The notes under the pieces: generated by a model | Database searches by the model: none | Told to the model about the DNA's origin: nothing | The model's input: the letters and a program-made list of their open reading frames with translations, nothing else | Made by a program: the position numbers and the translations under genes | Virus record (IMG/VR): IMGVR_UViG_3300045988_115677 | Origin: a virus | DNA: 33,796 nt | Strand: one strand, 5' to 3' | In this document: piece by piece, positions 1 to 9,013 of the stretch | How positions within the stretch are numbered: position 1 is the stretch's first letter | Layout: every line of letters starts with the position of its first letter

Positions 1-55
1 CGTGGGCGTCTCAGACGGCGTCCGCCTTGCGCGGCGCTTCGGCGGGCGTGGACCG
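1..55. repeat. Terminal direct repeat, copy 1 (contig-closure overlap)
   Basis: cgtgggcgtctcagacggcgtccgccttgcgcggcgcttcggcgggcgtggaccg is identical to 33742-33796. It lies inside an open reading frame that continues across the junction. Confidence 0.95.
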
Positions 56-626
56 CGAAGCTGCCCGCTACCTGGGGGCGTGGGGGCGTGATCATGGGCG
101 CAGTATGGGGTTCGCCCGCCCAGCCCTGGCTGATTCTTCTCTCGATAGGCAGCTGATGCTGTCTGGGCCGATCCGAATAAAAACCCTTGTTGGAAACGGG
201 GTGGACCGCTTTTCGGCTGTTGCTGATGCGAGGCGCCGTGTCGGCGCGACCGCGATGAAAGCGGTGCGCGACCGCGATCGCTTGGACGTTATCTATTCTT
301 GCCGGAAGCAGCGCGTCCGTTGTCGGCGTGTCACGGTCGGGAAGACGTGCGCTTTCTGTTGCATGCTCGCGGCTCGCGGCCCCGTGTATACGAAAGACAC
401 TGCCGCCTTCCAGGCGCACGTCTACTGTGACTGCACGTACGAGCCTGTTGATGTGCCGAACGCAAAATGGAAAGCCACCGAAGCGTCTGACCACGACCTG
501 GACCTCGTGGACCTGTACGATGAGGCTGTGGCCTCGCAGAAAGCTGCCGGCACCAGCGGGCTCGGTGATCTCCTGGCCCGCATGCGCCGGTCCGGCAGTG
601 GTCTGCTGTCGGACGGGGTGAGCTAA
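1..626 (+). CDS. MuF/SPP1 gp7-like minor capsid protein, 3' part (wraps from 33621)
   Basis: Same frame as 33621-33796. Position directly after portal. C-terminal Cys/His cluster KTCAFCC...HVYCDCTY is typical of MuF-like proteins. Confidence 0.65.
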   Translation, partial: WASQTASALRGASAGVDREAARYLGAWGRDHGRSMGFARPALADSSLDRQLMLSGPIRIKTLVGNGVDRFSAVADARRRVGATAMKAVRDRDRLDVIYSCRKQRVRCRRVTVGKTCAFCCMLAARGPVYTKDTAAFQAHVYCDCTYEPVDVPNAKWKATEASDHDLDLVDLYDEAVASQKAAGTSGLGDLLARMRRSGSGLLSDGVS

Positions 627-656
627 ACTATCCGCAGCACTACGTCAGGAGACGAA

Positions 657-1229
657 ATGGCAGACCAGCCCAGAAACGTCCGCGACGCCGACGAGGATGC
701 GAAGCCTCAGCCGGGCGCCACGGAGACCAGGCAGGACACCCCTGCCGCCCAGACCGAGCCGGACGCGAAGCCTCAGCCGGGCGCCGAGCCCGCGAATGAT
801 GCGCCCGCAAAGCCGGCCGCGGACACGCCCGAGTCGAAGCCGACCGAGGAGCCTGACGGGGCTGAGTCGAAGCCGACCGAGGAGCCCGGGCCCGCTCCGG
901 CTGACGAAGCGTCCGCGCCTGAGGCTCAGGCGGCCGGGGCCTCTAAGCCTGAGGATCCGCGCATCGCCGACCTGCAGGCCAAGCTTGCCGCCGCGACCGC
1001 ACAGGCCTCTGCTGTTGTTGCGCTCGCTAACGCCGGCCTGCCCGTCAGCCTCGCCGGCCTCGTCGCTGCCGGCAACCCCGACGACATCGAATCCAACGTG
1101 GAGGCGCTTGCCCAGGCCATCGATGACGCGGCCGCGCAGAAGAGTGCCCCCGCCCAGCCGTCTCTTCCGCCCGACGCGGATGAGCCCGAAGAGGACATGC
1201 GGGCGCGCGCCCGCAGGATCTTCGCCTGA
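657..1229 (+). CDS. Capsid scaffolding protein
   Basis: RBS caggag upstream. 190 aa with an acidic Pro/Glu/Ala-rich N-half and a helical Ala-rich C-half. Lies immediately upstream of the major capsid gene. Confidence 0.6.
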   Translation: MADQPRNVRDADEDAKPQPGATETRQDTPAAQTEPDAKPQPGAEPANDAPAKPAADTPESKPTEEPDGAESKPTEEPGPAPADEASAPEAQAAGASKPEDPRIADLQAKLAAATAQASAVVALANAGLPVSLAGLVAAGNPDDIESNVEALAQAIDDAAAQKSAPAQPSLPPDADEPEEDMRARARRIFA

Positions 1230-1256
1230 TCGAACAGACACTGAAGGAGAAACCAA

Positions 1257-2186
1257 ATGGCGAACTTCGCAACGACCGGCAGGAAGGTCGTCCTCTCGGA
1301 CATTGCCTCCCTCCACTACCTGTCCAGCATTGCTCTGACCGTCAACCGTGACGCCGAGGCCGGCTATGAGCGCGGCTACGGCTCGACCGTTGACGTTGCC
1401 ATGCCTGTTGAGGCCGCTTCTGGCACGCGCAGCAGCGCCCAGCGTGAAGCCCGCACCGCTATCACGTTCGGTGACCTGACTCGCAAGTACGTCCCCGTCA
1501 AGCTCGAGGATGAGCTTTACTCTGCGGTTCGCCTGCCTTCCGAGTGGCTGACCTGGACGCTCGCTGACTTTGAGCGCGAGGTAGTTAAGCCTCAGGCTGA
1601 GGCGGTCGCTTCCCTTGTCCCCGCGAAGCTCGGCGCCGTCATGGCGACCGTTCAGGCTTCGCAGGCCGCCGACCCGAACGCTGCCGGCGTCGCCTACACC
1701 GACGCGAAGGCGCTGAAGTTCGCGGCTAACGGCTCCAACCTCCTTGAGGTCGTTGCCCGTGCCAACCGGATCCTCAACAAGCAGAATGTCCCGTTCATCA
1801 ACCGGACCCTTGCTGTTGGCTCCGGCGTCGCCGAGGTGTTCCGCAAGAACAAGGACCTCCTGAACGTGTCCTTCTCCAACGACAACGGCGGCCTGCTGCG
1901 CGACGCCACCATCGCGAAGGTCGGCGGCTTCACTGTCGTTGAGGAGCCTGCGCTCCCCGAGGCATTCTCTGTGTTCTACGAGAAGAACGCTTTCGCTCTG
2001 GCCGTTCGCGCCGCCGACGTCCCGGCCGGCGCTACGTTCGGCGACAGTGCCGCGCAGGACGGTTTTGCTCTGCGTCACATCTGCGACTACGACCCGACGT
2101 ACGCTGAGGACCGCTCTGTTGTGGACGCTTACTTCGGTGCCGCCGTCCTTGATGCTCGCCGCGCTACCGCGGCCGGCCTGAGCTGA
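1257..2186 (+). CDS. Major capsid protein (HK97-fold expected)
   Basis: Strong RBS gaaggag. 309 aa. Canonical position between the scaffold and head-tail connector genes. Confidence 0.75.
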   Translation: MANFATTGRKVVLSDIASLHYLSSIALTVNRDAEAGYERGYGSTVDVAMPVEAASGTRSSAQREARTAITFGDLTRKYVPVKLEDELYSAVRLPSEWLTWTLADFEREVVKPQAEAVASLVPAKLGAVMATVQASQAADPNAAGVAYTDAKALKFAANGSNLLEVVARANRILNKQNVPFINRTLAVGSGVAEVFRKNKDLLNVSFSNDNGGLLRDATIAKVGGFTVVEEPALPEAFSVFYEKNAFALAVRAADVPAGATFGDSAAQDGFALRHICDYDPTYAEDRSVVDAYFGAAVLDARRATAAGLS

Positions 2187-2195
2187 GCGGACCGC

Positions 2196-2642
2196 ATGAT
2201 GGCTGTTGCCCCGCTCGCTTCTGTCGAGGACCTCGCCGGCTGGCTCGGCGAGCCTATAGCCGACGACGCCGACAAGAAGCGGGCGGGGTGGCTACTCCGT
2301 CGCGCCTCCTCCCTCGTGAACGAGGAGGCCGACCGTGTCCGCGACCCGTGGACTGTTGAGACTGTCCCGCCTGGCGTTCAGGAAATCGTGCTGTCGTGCG
2401 CTGCAAGGGCGTACGACAACCCTGAAGGCTGGACGGGAGAACGTCTTGATGACTGGATGGGGACCGGCAAGAAAGTTGACGAGGCGGGCTTGTTCTTGAC
2501 GGCGACGGAGCGGCGCGCCCTGCTTGCGTACGCCCCTTCAGGGCCGTCCGGGGTGGGGATCCTCCGCACCACACGGGAGGTGTGGCCTCCCGCCACGCTG
2601 AACTCTGCGCCGTATACGTTCACGGAATGGGCGCAGCCGTGA
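2196..2642 (+). CDS. Head-tail adaptor/connector protein (gp6-like)
   Basis: 148 aa, first gene after the capsid gene. N-terminal LASVEDLAGWLG... resembles phage gp6-like connector proteins. Confidence 0.55.
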   Translation: MMAVAPLASVEDLAGWLGEPIADDADKKRAGWLLRRASSLVNEEADRVRDPWTVETVPPGVQEIVLSCAARAYDNPEGWTGERLDDWMGTGKKVDEAGLFLTATERRALLAYAPSGPSGVGILRTTREVWPPATLNSAPYTFTEWAQP

Positions 2643-3007
2643 GCGCCCCCCGCACCCGCCGCCGCCGGGCCGACTGGCTCATGACCGACACTTGTGTCAT
2701 TGATCGGCCGACCGGCTCCATGAACTGGAATCCCGCCACGAAACGCGACGAGCCGACTCTTGAGCGCGTCTACGAGGGGAAGTGCCGGATGAGGCAAACC
2801 ACCATGTACGGGGCGTCGCAGACCGTGGGTGGTCACACGTACACGGTGCAGCAGACAGAGCTGCATATTCCGTACGGCTCCTATGATGCCCGGGTGGATG
2901 ACGTCGCTACGGTGACCGGCTACCGGTACGGTTTCCGTGTGCGCGGCCTAATCAACCTGACGCACGCGACCGCGCAGCGGCTCCTCGTGGACGCGGTGAC
3001 AGCATGA
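2639..3007 (+). CDS. Head closure / head-tail joining protein
   Basis: GTG 2639 overlaps the upstream stop (GTGA), which I prefer over the track start at 2582. 122 aa, in synteny with the head-tail joining module. Confidence 0.5.
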   Translation: MSAPRTRRRRADWLMTDTCVIDRPTGSMNWNPATKRDEPTLERVYEGKCRMRQTTMYGASQTVGGHTYTVQQTELHIPYGSYDARVDDVATVTGYRYGFRVRGLINLTHATAQRLLVDAVTA

Positions 3008-3390
3008 GCGGCAGCCAGGTTGACGCGTCACAGCTGACCGCACTGGCGTCCGACTTCCTGTCCGCCGGCGAGGCTACTGAAGCGGTCAAAGTGTCCGTCC
3101 GGAACGCGCTGGACAGTGCGAAGGAACGCGCCCGCAAAGACTATGCGGCGTTCCCGGACAAGGGAATCGCGAAGGTCGGCCAGGAGTTCTCCTACGACAC
3201 GAAGGGGAATGGCGCTGTAGTGGAAGCTCAGTTCGGGCCGTCGAAGCCGCGGGGCGCCCTCGCTAACATTGCGATCTGGGGGACTTCCCGTGGTGGTGGT
3301 GGTTTGCCTCATCCGGCCGAGTACATGGATGACAGCGTCGTCAACGAGATAGGGGACACCATGAACGAGATCGTAAGGAAGCTGTCATGA
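3004..3390 (+). CDS. HK97 gp10-like neck/tail component
   Basis: ATGA overlap with the upstream gene. 128 aa. Third gene of the head-tail joining block. Confidence 0.5.
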   Translation: MSGSQVDASQLTALASDFLSAGEATEAVKVSVRNALDSAKERARKDYAAFPDKGIAKVGQEFSYDTKGNGAVVEAQFGPSKPRGALANIAIWGTSRGGGGLPHPAEYMDDSVVNEIGDTMNEIVRKLS

Positions 3391-3809
3391 TCAAACTGTC
3401 CCCGTTCGTGAAAGCTGTGGAGCGGGCCCTGCGGGAGCGGTGTAAGTATTCCGTGTACCTCGGTGAGGTTACGATCGATAACCCGCCGATGCCGTACGCC
3501 CTGGTCGGCTTCCCGAAAGCGAACCTGGGGGACGCGCCCACCCTCGACAATGTCGTGTCAGAGATTAGTTTCCTGCAACCTGTCACGACGGTCGCTTCCA
3601 CGGCGGACCGGCTCCTTGTAGTCCTGGACGACGTGCGCGCCGCCCTGGAGGGGTATGAGCTGCGGGTCGGCCGGCAGCACTGCGAGCCTCTCGTCTTGGA
3701 GTACTGCTCCGCTATGCTCCGCGACAACCAAGTGGCCCTCCCTGAGAAGAAACACCCCATGTACGCGGTGGACATGTGGCGGATCCGGGCGGTCAACCGG
3801 TTCCACTGA
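3387..3809 (+). CDS. Tail terminator / tail completion protein
   Basis: ATGA overlap with the upstream gene. 140 aa. Lies directly upstream of the major tail protein gene. Confidence 0.5.
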   Translation: MIKLSPFVKAVERALRERCKYSVYLGEVTIDNPPMPYALVGFPKANLGDAPTLDNVVSEISFLQPVTTVASTADRLLVVLDDVRAALEGYELRVGRQHCEPLVLEYCSAMLRDNQVALPEKKHPMYAVDMWRIRAVNRFH

Positions 3810-3871
3810 GATACACTGACGACATCTACTGGTACGCCGTCACCGCGGCGGCGGCATGGATAGGAGAGCAA

Positions 3872-4663
3872 ATGGCTACCAGCATCCGTACGCTCGGCGA
3901 TGGGCGCATCACCCTCGTGGCGCTGGCCGACGACAAGCGGGCCGCTGACCCGAAAAACCCGACCGCCGCCGAGCTTAACGCCGGCCTGCACTTGGAGATG
4001 CAGGTCATGAAGTCGGACTACAAGCTCGGCTCGAAGGGGTCGACTTCCGTTGAGGAGCCCGTCCTCGGCGCCGCCGGCAAGGGGACTGTGCCTGGCCCTG
4101 CCGAGTACGAGGGCAATGTCAGCGTCTACCAGTTCTTCGATGACGACGGCAACTACGTTGTTTCCGACGACTCGAGGGCCTGGGATCTGCTGAAGCGCAC
4201 CGGCCTTGAGTATGACCTGTACGAACGTGAAGGCAAAAAGCCGGAGGTCCCGTTCTCTGACGGCGACCACGTCGACTGGTACCGTGTCGCCAACGGCCAG
4301 CCCCAGAAACCCGACGACCGCACGTCGTACACGAAGCGCACGGTGACGCTGTTCATCAGCGATGCCCGCGAGAACGATCTCGTTCTCGGTGGCGGTGCCG
4401 CGGCGGCGGCCCCGACGATCACGTCGATCGACCCTGCCGGCAAGAAGGCCGGCGACACGGTCGCTATCTCTGGTACGAACTTTGTTGGGGTTACCGGCGT
4501 GACCTGCACGGTTGCCGGCAAGACCGCCCCGGTTGCTTCGTACCGTGTCGTGTCGTCCTCGATGATCACCGCAGTGCTGCCCGCTGGCGTCCAGACCGGT
4601 AACTTCATCGTCACCAACAGCAAGGGCTCGTCTCCCGGAAGGTCCTACACTGTGGGCGCCTGA
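3872..4663 (+). CDS. Major tail protein with C-terminal IPT/TIG-type Ig-like domain
   Basis: ATG 3872 is preceded by ggagag and is in frame with track ORF 3776..4663. The C-terminus PTITSIDPAGKKAGDTVAISGTNFVGVTGV...FIVTNSKGSS looks like an IPT/TIG Ig fold. It precedes the chaperone and tape measure genes. Confidence 0.7.
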   Translation: MATSIRTLGDGRITLVALADDKRAADPKNPTAAELNAGLHLEMQVMKSDYKLGSKGSTSVEEPVLGAAGKGTVPGPAEYEGNVSVYQFFDDDGNYVVSDDSRAWDLLKRTGLEYDLYEREGKKPEVPFSDGDHVDWYRVANGQPQKPDDRTSYTKRTVTLFISDARENDLVLGGGAAAAAPTITSIDPAGKKAGDTVAISGTNFVGVTGVTCTVAGKTAPVASYRVVSSSMITAVLPAGVQTGNFIVTNSKGSSPGRSYTVGA

Positions 4664-4680
4664 TAGGCTTCCCCTTGTGG

Positions 4681-4720
4681 GGCCCGGCTGGGAGTGTTGG
4701 CGGTCTCTCCCGGTCGGGCC
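4681..4720 (+). terminator. Hairpin / attenuator after the major tail protein gene
   Basis: 14-bp stem with two G-U pairs (ggcccggctgggag / ctcccggtcgggcc) and a 12-nt loop, 18 nt after the stop, followed by tctaccatttcc. There is no strong U tract. Confidence 0.45.
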
Positions 4721-4767
4721 TCTACCATTTCCGCCGCACCGCTTGACCGCCGCTGAAGGGGACAGCC

Positions 4768-5301
4768 ATGACTGACACGTCGCAGATTACTGAGGTTGAC
4801 GCCGAGGATCGTACTGGCGACGCGGGCGAGCCTGAGAAGTTCGACTTCGCCCAGTGGATGGCTGGTTTTCAGCCGACCCGGAAAGCTTGCATGCTGTACG
4901 GGCGCACGGATCTGCTCGCCGTGATTGACCGCCTTGATGAGGAGGCCCGCCTGCCTGGGCTTGCCGACGAGCGGAAGAAGGAGCTTCTCGCCGAGGCGCA
5001 GGAGACGCTCGAGACCCTGAAGGCGTCGGGTGTTGAGTTCGTTGTGCAGACCATGTCTGTGTATGCGCAGAAGGAGCTCATGGAGCGCCTCGGTCACAAG
5101 GCGAAGGGCGATCCGGTTACCCATGAGATGGAGTGCGCCTTCCTGGCCGCCCACATCGTGGAGCCGACCGGTGTGACCGGTGAGGACATCGCCGGACTGT
5201 ACAAGGCGTCCCCGCAGCAGGTGGAGAAGCTGTCTCGCGTCGTGCGGATGGTCGACACGGAGAGCCCCACCATTACGGCCCCTTTCTCGTCGAAGTCCTG
5301 A
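4768..5301 (+). CDS. Tail assembly chaperone (G analogue)
   Basis: 177 aa acidic protein between the major tail and tape measure genes. RBS gaagggga upstream. Confidence 0.7.
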   Translation: MTDTSQITEVDAEDRTGDAGEPEKFDFAQWMAGFQPTRKACMLYGRTDLLAVIDRLDEEARLPGLADERKKELLAEAQETLETLKASGVEFVVQTMSVYAQKELMERLGHKAKGDPVTHEMECAFLAAHIVEPTGVTGEDIAGLYKASPQQVEKLSRVVRMVDTESPTITAPFSSKS

Positions 5302-5660
5302 GCGCCCCGACAGGACAGTGGCTGCGGGCGCGCGTGAAGCACGCCCTGCAATGGGGGCGGCCGCCCACTGGCATTCTGCGGGAGTCGTCAGATTGGGTTC
5401 CGCAGGATTATGTCCTCGCTGAGGCGTACTCCATGTTTGAGGACTCCCTGTGCCCGTGCGGGTGCGGCTACCCGCGCGACCTCGCGTGGGACGAAATGAT
5501 GGACGGGTGGTTCGAAGTTCGTCAGGAAGTGTGCTACGCGAAAGCGGCGCGAGAGCAGTGGGAGGCTGAGCATGCGGAACGGAATCGTGACGGTGAGCTG
5601 ATCGACCCGCCGAAGAAAGGGGCGCTCGTCTATGTCGCGGACACGCGCGATGAGGGCTAG
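4768..5660 (+). CDS. Tail assembly chaperone, -1 frameshift fusion product (G-T analogue)
   Basis: Slippery heptamer C CCT TTC sits in the zero frame at 5280-5286, 12 nt before the G stop. The -1 frame is open from 5286 into track ORF 5334..5660. Confidence 0.6.
5280..5286 (+). promoter_or_regulatory. Programmed -1 ribosomal frameshift slippery site (CCCTTTC)
   Basis: X XXY YYZ pattern in the correct phase (gcC CCT TTC). Location is the conserved one in siphovirus chaperone genes. Confidence 0.6.
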
Positions 5661-5694
5661 GTAAACTGGGGACCGGTTAACGTCGGAAGGGGCC

Positions 5695-8600
5695 GTGGTG
5701 GCAGATCGTACAGTCGTGGTGAAGCTGACGGCGGACGCGTCCGGCGTGAAAGCGGGCATGTCCGAGGCGTCTGCGGCTACCAAGTCCGCCGCGGACGCGA
5801 TGCAAGGCGCCGGTCAGGCTGCGCAGGGCGCCGGCGACCAGATGGGGAACGCCTCCGACAAAGGCAAGACCGGTCTCGCTGGGCTGGCAGACTCGGCCCG
5901 TCAGAACGGGGCCGCGTGGACGACGCTCGGCACGACTGTTGCCGGCGCGGGTGCGGGTCTGCTCGGCCTGGCGGGGATGGCTGGAACGATGGCTGCGAAC
6001 TTCGATGCGTCTATGTCGTCCGTGCAGGCGGCCACTCACTCCTCGTCCGAGGAGATGTCGCAGCTGCGAGAGGCTGCCATCCAAGCCGGCGCCGACACGG
6101 CCTTCTCTGCGACCGAGGCCGCCTCTGGTATCGAAGAGCTGGCTAAAGCCGGCGTCTCCACGAAAGACATCCTCGCCGGAGGACTTTCCGGGGCTCTTGA
6201 CCTGGCTGCCGCCGGCGAGATCAGCGTGTCCGAGGCTGCGGAGGTCGCGGCTACCGCAATGGTTCAGTTCAACCTGAGCGGCGATAAGGTTACGCACGTC
6301 GCCGACTTGCTTGCCGCTGGCGCCGGCAAGGCGCAGGGTGGCGTGCACGATATGGCGTACGCCCTGAAGCAATCTGGCCTCGTAGCTTCCCAGGCCGGCC
6401 TCAGCATCGAAGAGACGACCGGGTCTATCGCTGCGTTCGCCTCGGCGGGCTTGATCGGCCAGGACGCCGGCACCAGCTTCAAGACGATGCTTCAGCGCCT
6501 CGAGAATCCCTCCAAGGGCGCGAAGAACGCGATGGATGACCTGGGCATCCACATTTACGACGCGCAGGGACACTTCATCGGGATCACCGCCGTCGCCGAG
6601 CAGCTGCGCAACGGGATGAAAGACCTGGGTGAGGAAGAGCGCAACACGGCGATGAGCACGATCTTCGGGTCGGACGCTATCCGCGCCGCGAACGTGCTCT
6701 ACAACGAGGGCGGCGAGGGGATCCAAGGGTGGATCGACAAGGTCAATGACGCCGGCTATGCTGCCGAGACTGCCCGCCTGAAGCAAGACAACTTGAAAGG
6801 TGACATTGAGAAGCTGGGCGGGTCCTGGGAGACCGCCATGATCAAGATCGGGTCCTCCTCGCAGGCTCCCGTGCGCTCCGTTGTCCAGCACATCACTTCC
6901 CTGGTAGATAAGCTCGGGGAGCTCGGCAGCGGGACGCAGTCGATGATCTTCAATTTCGCTGCATTCGGAGGGGCTGCGCTGACGGCGGTTGGCGGGCTCA
7001 TGGTGATGGCTCCGAAGATAGTCGAAATCAAGGACGCTATGAACACCTTGAACTGGACTGCTGCGGGCTTGAAGGGCAAGTTGGGTGAGGTCGCTACTGG
7101 CATGACTGGCTTCGGGCGGGCCGGCCGGATGATGATCACTGCCGCCTTGATTGAGGGCGTGAAGCACTACGGCGACGAGGTTCGGCGTACGGGCGTGTCT
7201 GTGGATGAGATGTCTGCGGCGCTCGCCCATGGTGGTTCCGTCATGAACAACCTCGATTTCGATAAGGGGAAGTATTCCCTGCAGGAGTACTCGCAGGCCC
7301 TGGCGGACATTAGCCGCCCATCGGTGTGGTCTTCCGTGCAGCAGCACCTGGCGTCGTTCGCGGATGGTATCTCTGGCGCCTTCGGCGCGGACACTCGGTC
7401 TGACCTGCAGCGCACGAAGGACGCACTGGAGACGACGGGGAAGGCCCTGTCGGGGATGTCAACCGATGAGGCCGTGTCGCAATTCAAGAAGCTTTCATCT
7501 GAGATGACGAATGGCACGAATAAGAGCATGATCGACCTGATCAACTCTATGCCGGATTTCAAGGCCCACCTGAATGAGGTTGCGAAGCAGATGGGTTTGA
7601 CTGCGGACGACAATACGCGTCTCGCTATCGCCCTCGGCCAGATCGACCCGAACGCCCAGCAGGCAGCTGGCGGCACCAGCCAGCTGGATGCCGCGATCCG
7701 CAAGGCGAAAGAGGGGACCGACCAGATTGTCCCCTCGATCGAAGAGGTCATCAAGGGGATCAAAACGTACGGTGACACGGTGATCGCAAACTCCAACGCG
7801 GACATCAAATTCCAGGAGGCGTTGAAGAACGTGAATGACGCCGTGAAGGAGAACGGCGCTACCCTGGATATCACGACGGAGAAGGGGCGGAAGAACCAAT
7901 CCGCTCTGAACGACTTGGCGTCCGCGACGTTCGCGCAGGTCCAGGCCGCCCAGGCGGCCGGCGCCGGGCAGGATGAACTGCAGTCCAAGATGGAGACTGG
8001 GCGCGAGGCGTTCATCTCTGCCGCGGAATCTATGGGGCTCACCGAGGACGAGGCGGTTGAGCTCGCTGACAAGTATGGGTTGATCCCCGACAAGATCAAC
8101 ACTGAGGTCACGGCCGACACCAGTCAAGCGACCGAAGCCGCTGACGGCGCGACCGCTGAGATTAACGGGATGACCGGCACGATCAGCATTTCCGGCGACG
8201 CCGCGCAGGCTGACTACACGCTGACTGTTACTGCGGACTCGGTGAACGGCACGACCGGCGTCATTGACATTGACGCCGACAATGACAAGGGCCTGTCTGG
8301 CCTGCAGGAGACCGTGCAGACTATCGATAACAGCGACGGCACCGTGTCCATCTTGGGTGATGCGACTGGCGCCCGGTGGGAGAAGGACTCCATCCACACG
8401 GAGATTGATGAGACTACGGGTACTGTGACGATATCGGGCAATGATCAGGCTAGCGGCAAAGTTCGAACCGTCAAGTACAACATCGATCAGCTGCACGACA
8501 AAGAGATCAGCATCACCACCAGGATTAAGCAAATTTTTACGTCCGTCGGCCACTGGATCGGTGACCACATGCCGAAAGGGTCGTGGTTGCGCGCCGAGGG

Positions 8601-9012
8601 CGGGCCAATCACCCCGATCAAGGGGTACGCGAACGCTGGCGCGGTCCATGGCCCTGGCGGGCCGAAGGATGACTGGATTCCGGCGTGGCTGTCCAATGGC
8701 GAGCACGTCTTGACGGCGGCAGAGGTGGCGGCTGCGGGCGGTCAGGATGCCGTGTACCGCCTGCGGAAGCTGATCCGTGACGGCGACATCAAGCGGTACA
8801 TGGAGGCGACTCGCTTCGCCGATGGTGGCGCCGCTGGCGCTGTCTCGCCGTCCGCCGGCGGTGCCGGCGCAATTTCCGTGAAGACACTCCGCCGCGCGAT
8901 GGATGGCATGAACCTGGAGCTGACCATCGACGGGCAGACCACGTTGACGTCTAGAATGAAAACTGTCGCCGACCAGCGAGTGGTGACCGCTTACCGCATG
9001 AGCAGGAGATGA
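5695..9012 (+). CDS. Tape measure protein
   Basis: 1105 aa, the largest ORF. Follows the chaperone pair. GTG start with RBS ggaagggg. Ala/Gly-rich helical sequence with hydrophobic segments. Confidence 0.85.
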   Translation: MVADRTVVVKLTADASGVKAGMSEASAATKSAADAMQGAGQAAQGAGDQMGNASDKGKTGLAGLADSARQNGAAWTTLGTTVAGAGAGLLGLAGMAGTMAANFDASMSSVQAATHSSSEEMSQLREAAIQAGADTAFSATEAASGIEELAKAGVSTKDILAGGLSGALDLAAAGEISVSEAAEVAATAMVQFNLSGDKVTHVADLLAAGAGKAQGGVHDMAYALKQSGLVASQAGLSIEETTGSIAAFASAGLIGQDAGTSFKTMLQRLENPSKGAKNAMDDLGIHIYDAQGHFIGITAVAEQLRNGMKDLGEEERNTAMSTIFGSDAIRAANVLYNEGGEGIQGWIDKVNDAGYAAETARLKQDNLKGDIEKLGGSWETAMIKIGSSSQAPVRSVVQHITSLVDKLGELGSGTQSMIFNFAAFGGAALTAVGGLMVMAPKIVEIKDAMNTLNWTAAGLKGKLGEVATGMTGFGRAGRMMITAALIEGVKHYGDEVRRTGVSVDEMSAALAHGGSVMNNLDFDKGKYSLQEYSQALADISRPSVWSSVQQHLASFADGISGAFGADTRSDLQRTKDALETTGKALSGMSTDEAVSQFKKLSSEMTNGTNKSMIDLINSMPDFKAHLNEVAKQMGLTADDNTRLAIALGQIDPNAQQAAGGTSQLDAAIRKAKEGTDQIVPSIEEVIKGIKTYGDTVIANSNADIKFQEALKNVNDAVKENGATLDITTEKGRKNQSALNDLASATFAQVQAAQAAGAGQDELQSKMETGREAFISAAESMGLTEDEAVELADKYGLIPDKINTEVTADTSQATEAADGATAEINGMTGTISISGDAAQADYTLTVTADSVNGTTGVIDIDADNDKGLSGLQETVQTIDNSDGTVSILGDATGARWEKDSIHTEIDETTGTVTISGNDQASGKVRTVKYNIDQLHDKEISITTRIKQIFTSVGHWIGDHMPKGSWLRAEGGPITPIKGYANAGAVHGPGGPKDDWIPAWLSNGEHVLTAAEVAAAGGQDAVYRLRKLIRDGDIKRYMEATRFADGGAAGAVSPSAGGAGAISVKTLRRAMDGMNLELTIDGQTTLTSRMKTVADQRVVTAYRMSRR

Positions 9013-9013
9013 C

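Noticed and set aside
1-55. The 55-bp terminal repeat as a biological direct terminal repeat or cos end
   Set aside because: It lies in the middle of an ORF that continues in frame across the junction, and it has the length of a typical assembler k-mer overlap. The physical termini cannot be inferred from it.
645-2078. 477-aa ORF on the - strand antisense to the scaffold and major capsid genes
   Set aside because: It is an Arg/Gly/Leu-rich shadow ORF of the kind high-GC DNA produces. It is fully overlapped by two + strand genes that have RBSs, good synteny and protein-like sequence.
3776-3871. Upstream start (3776) for the major tail protein, and 16930 for the membrane coiled-coil gene
   Set aside because: Both would overlap the preceding gene by tens of codons. 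The internal ATGs (3872 with ggagag; 17053 after the upstream stop) fit the compact, non-overlapping gene layout better.
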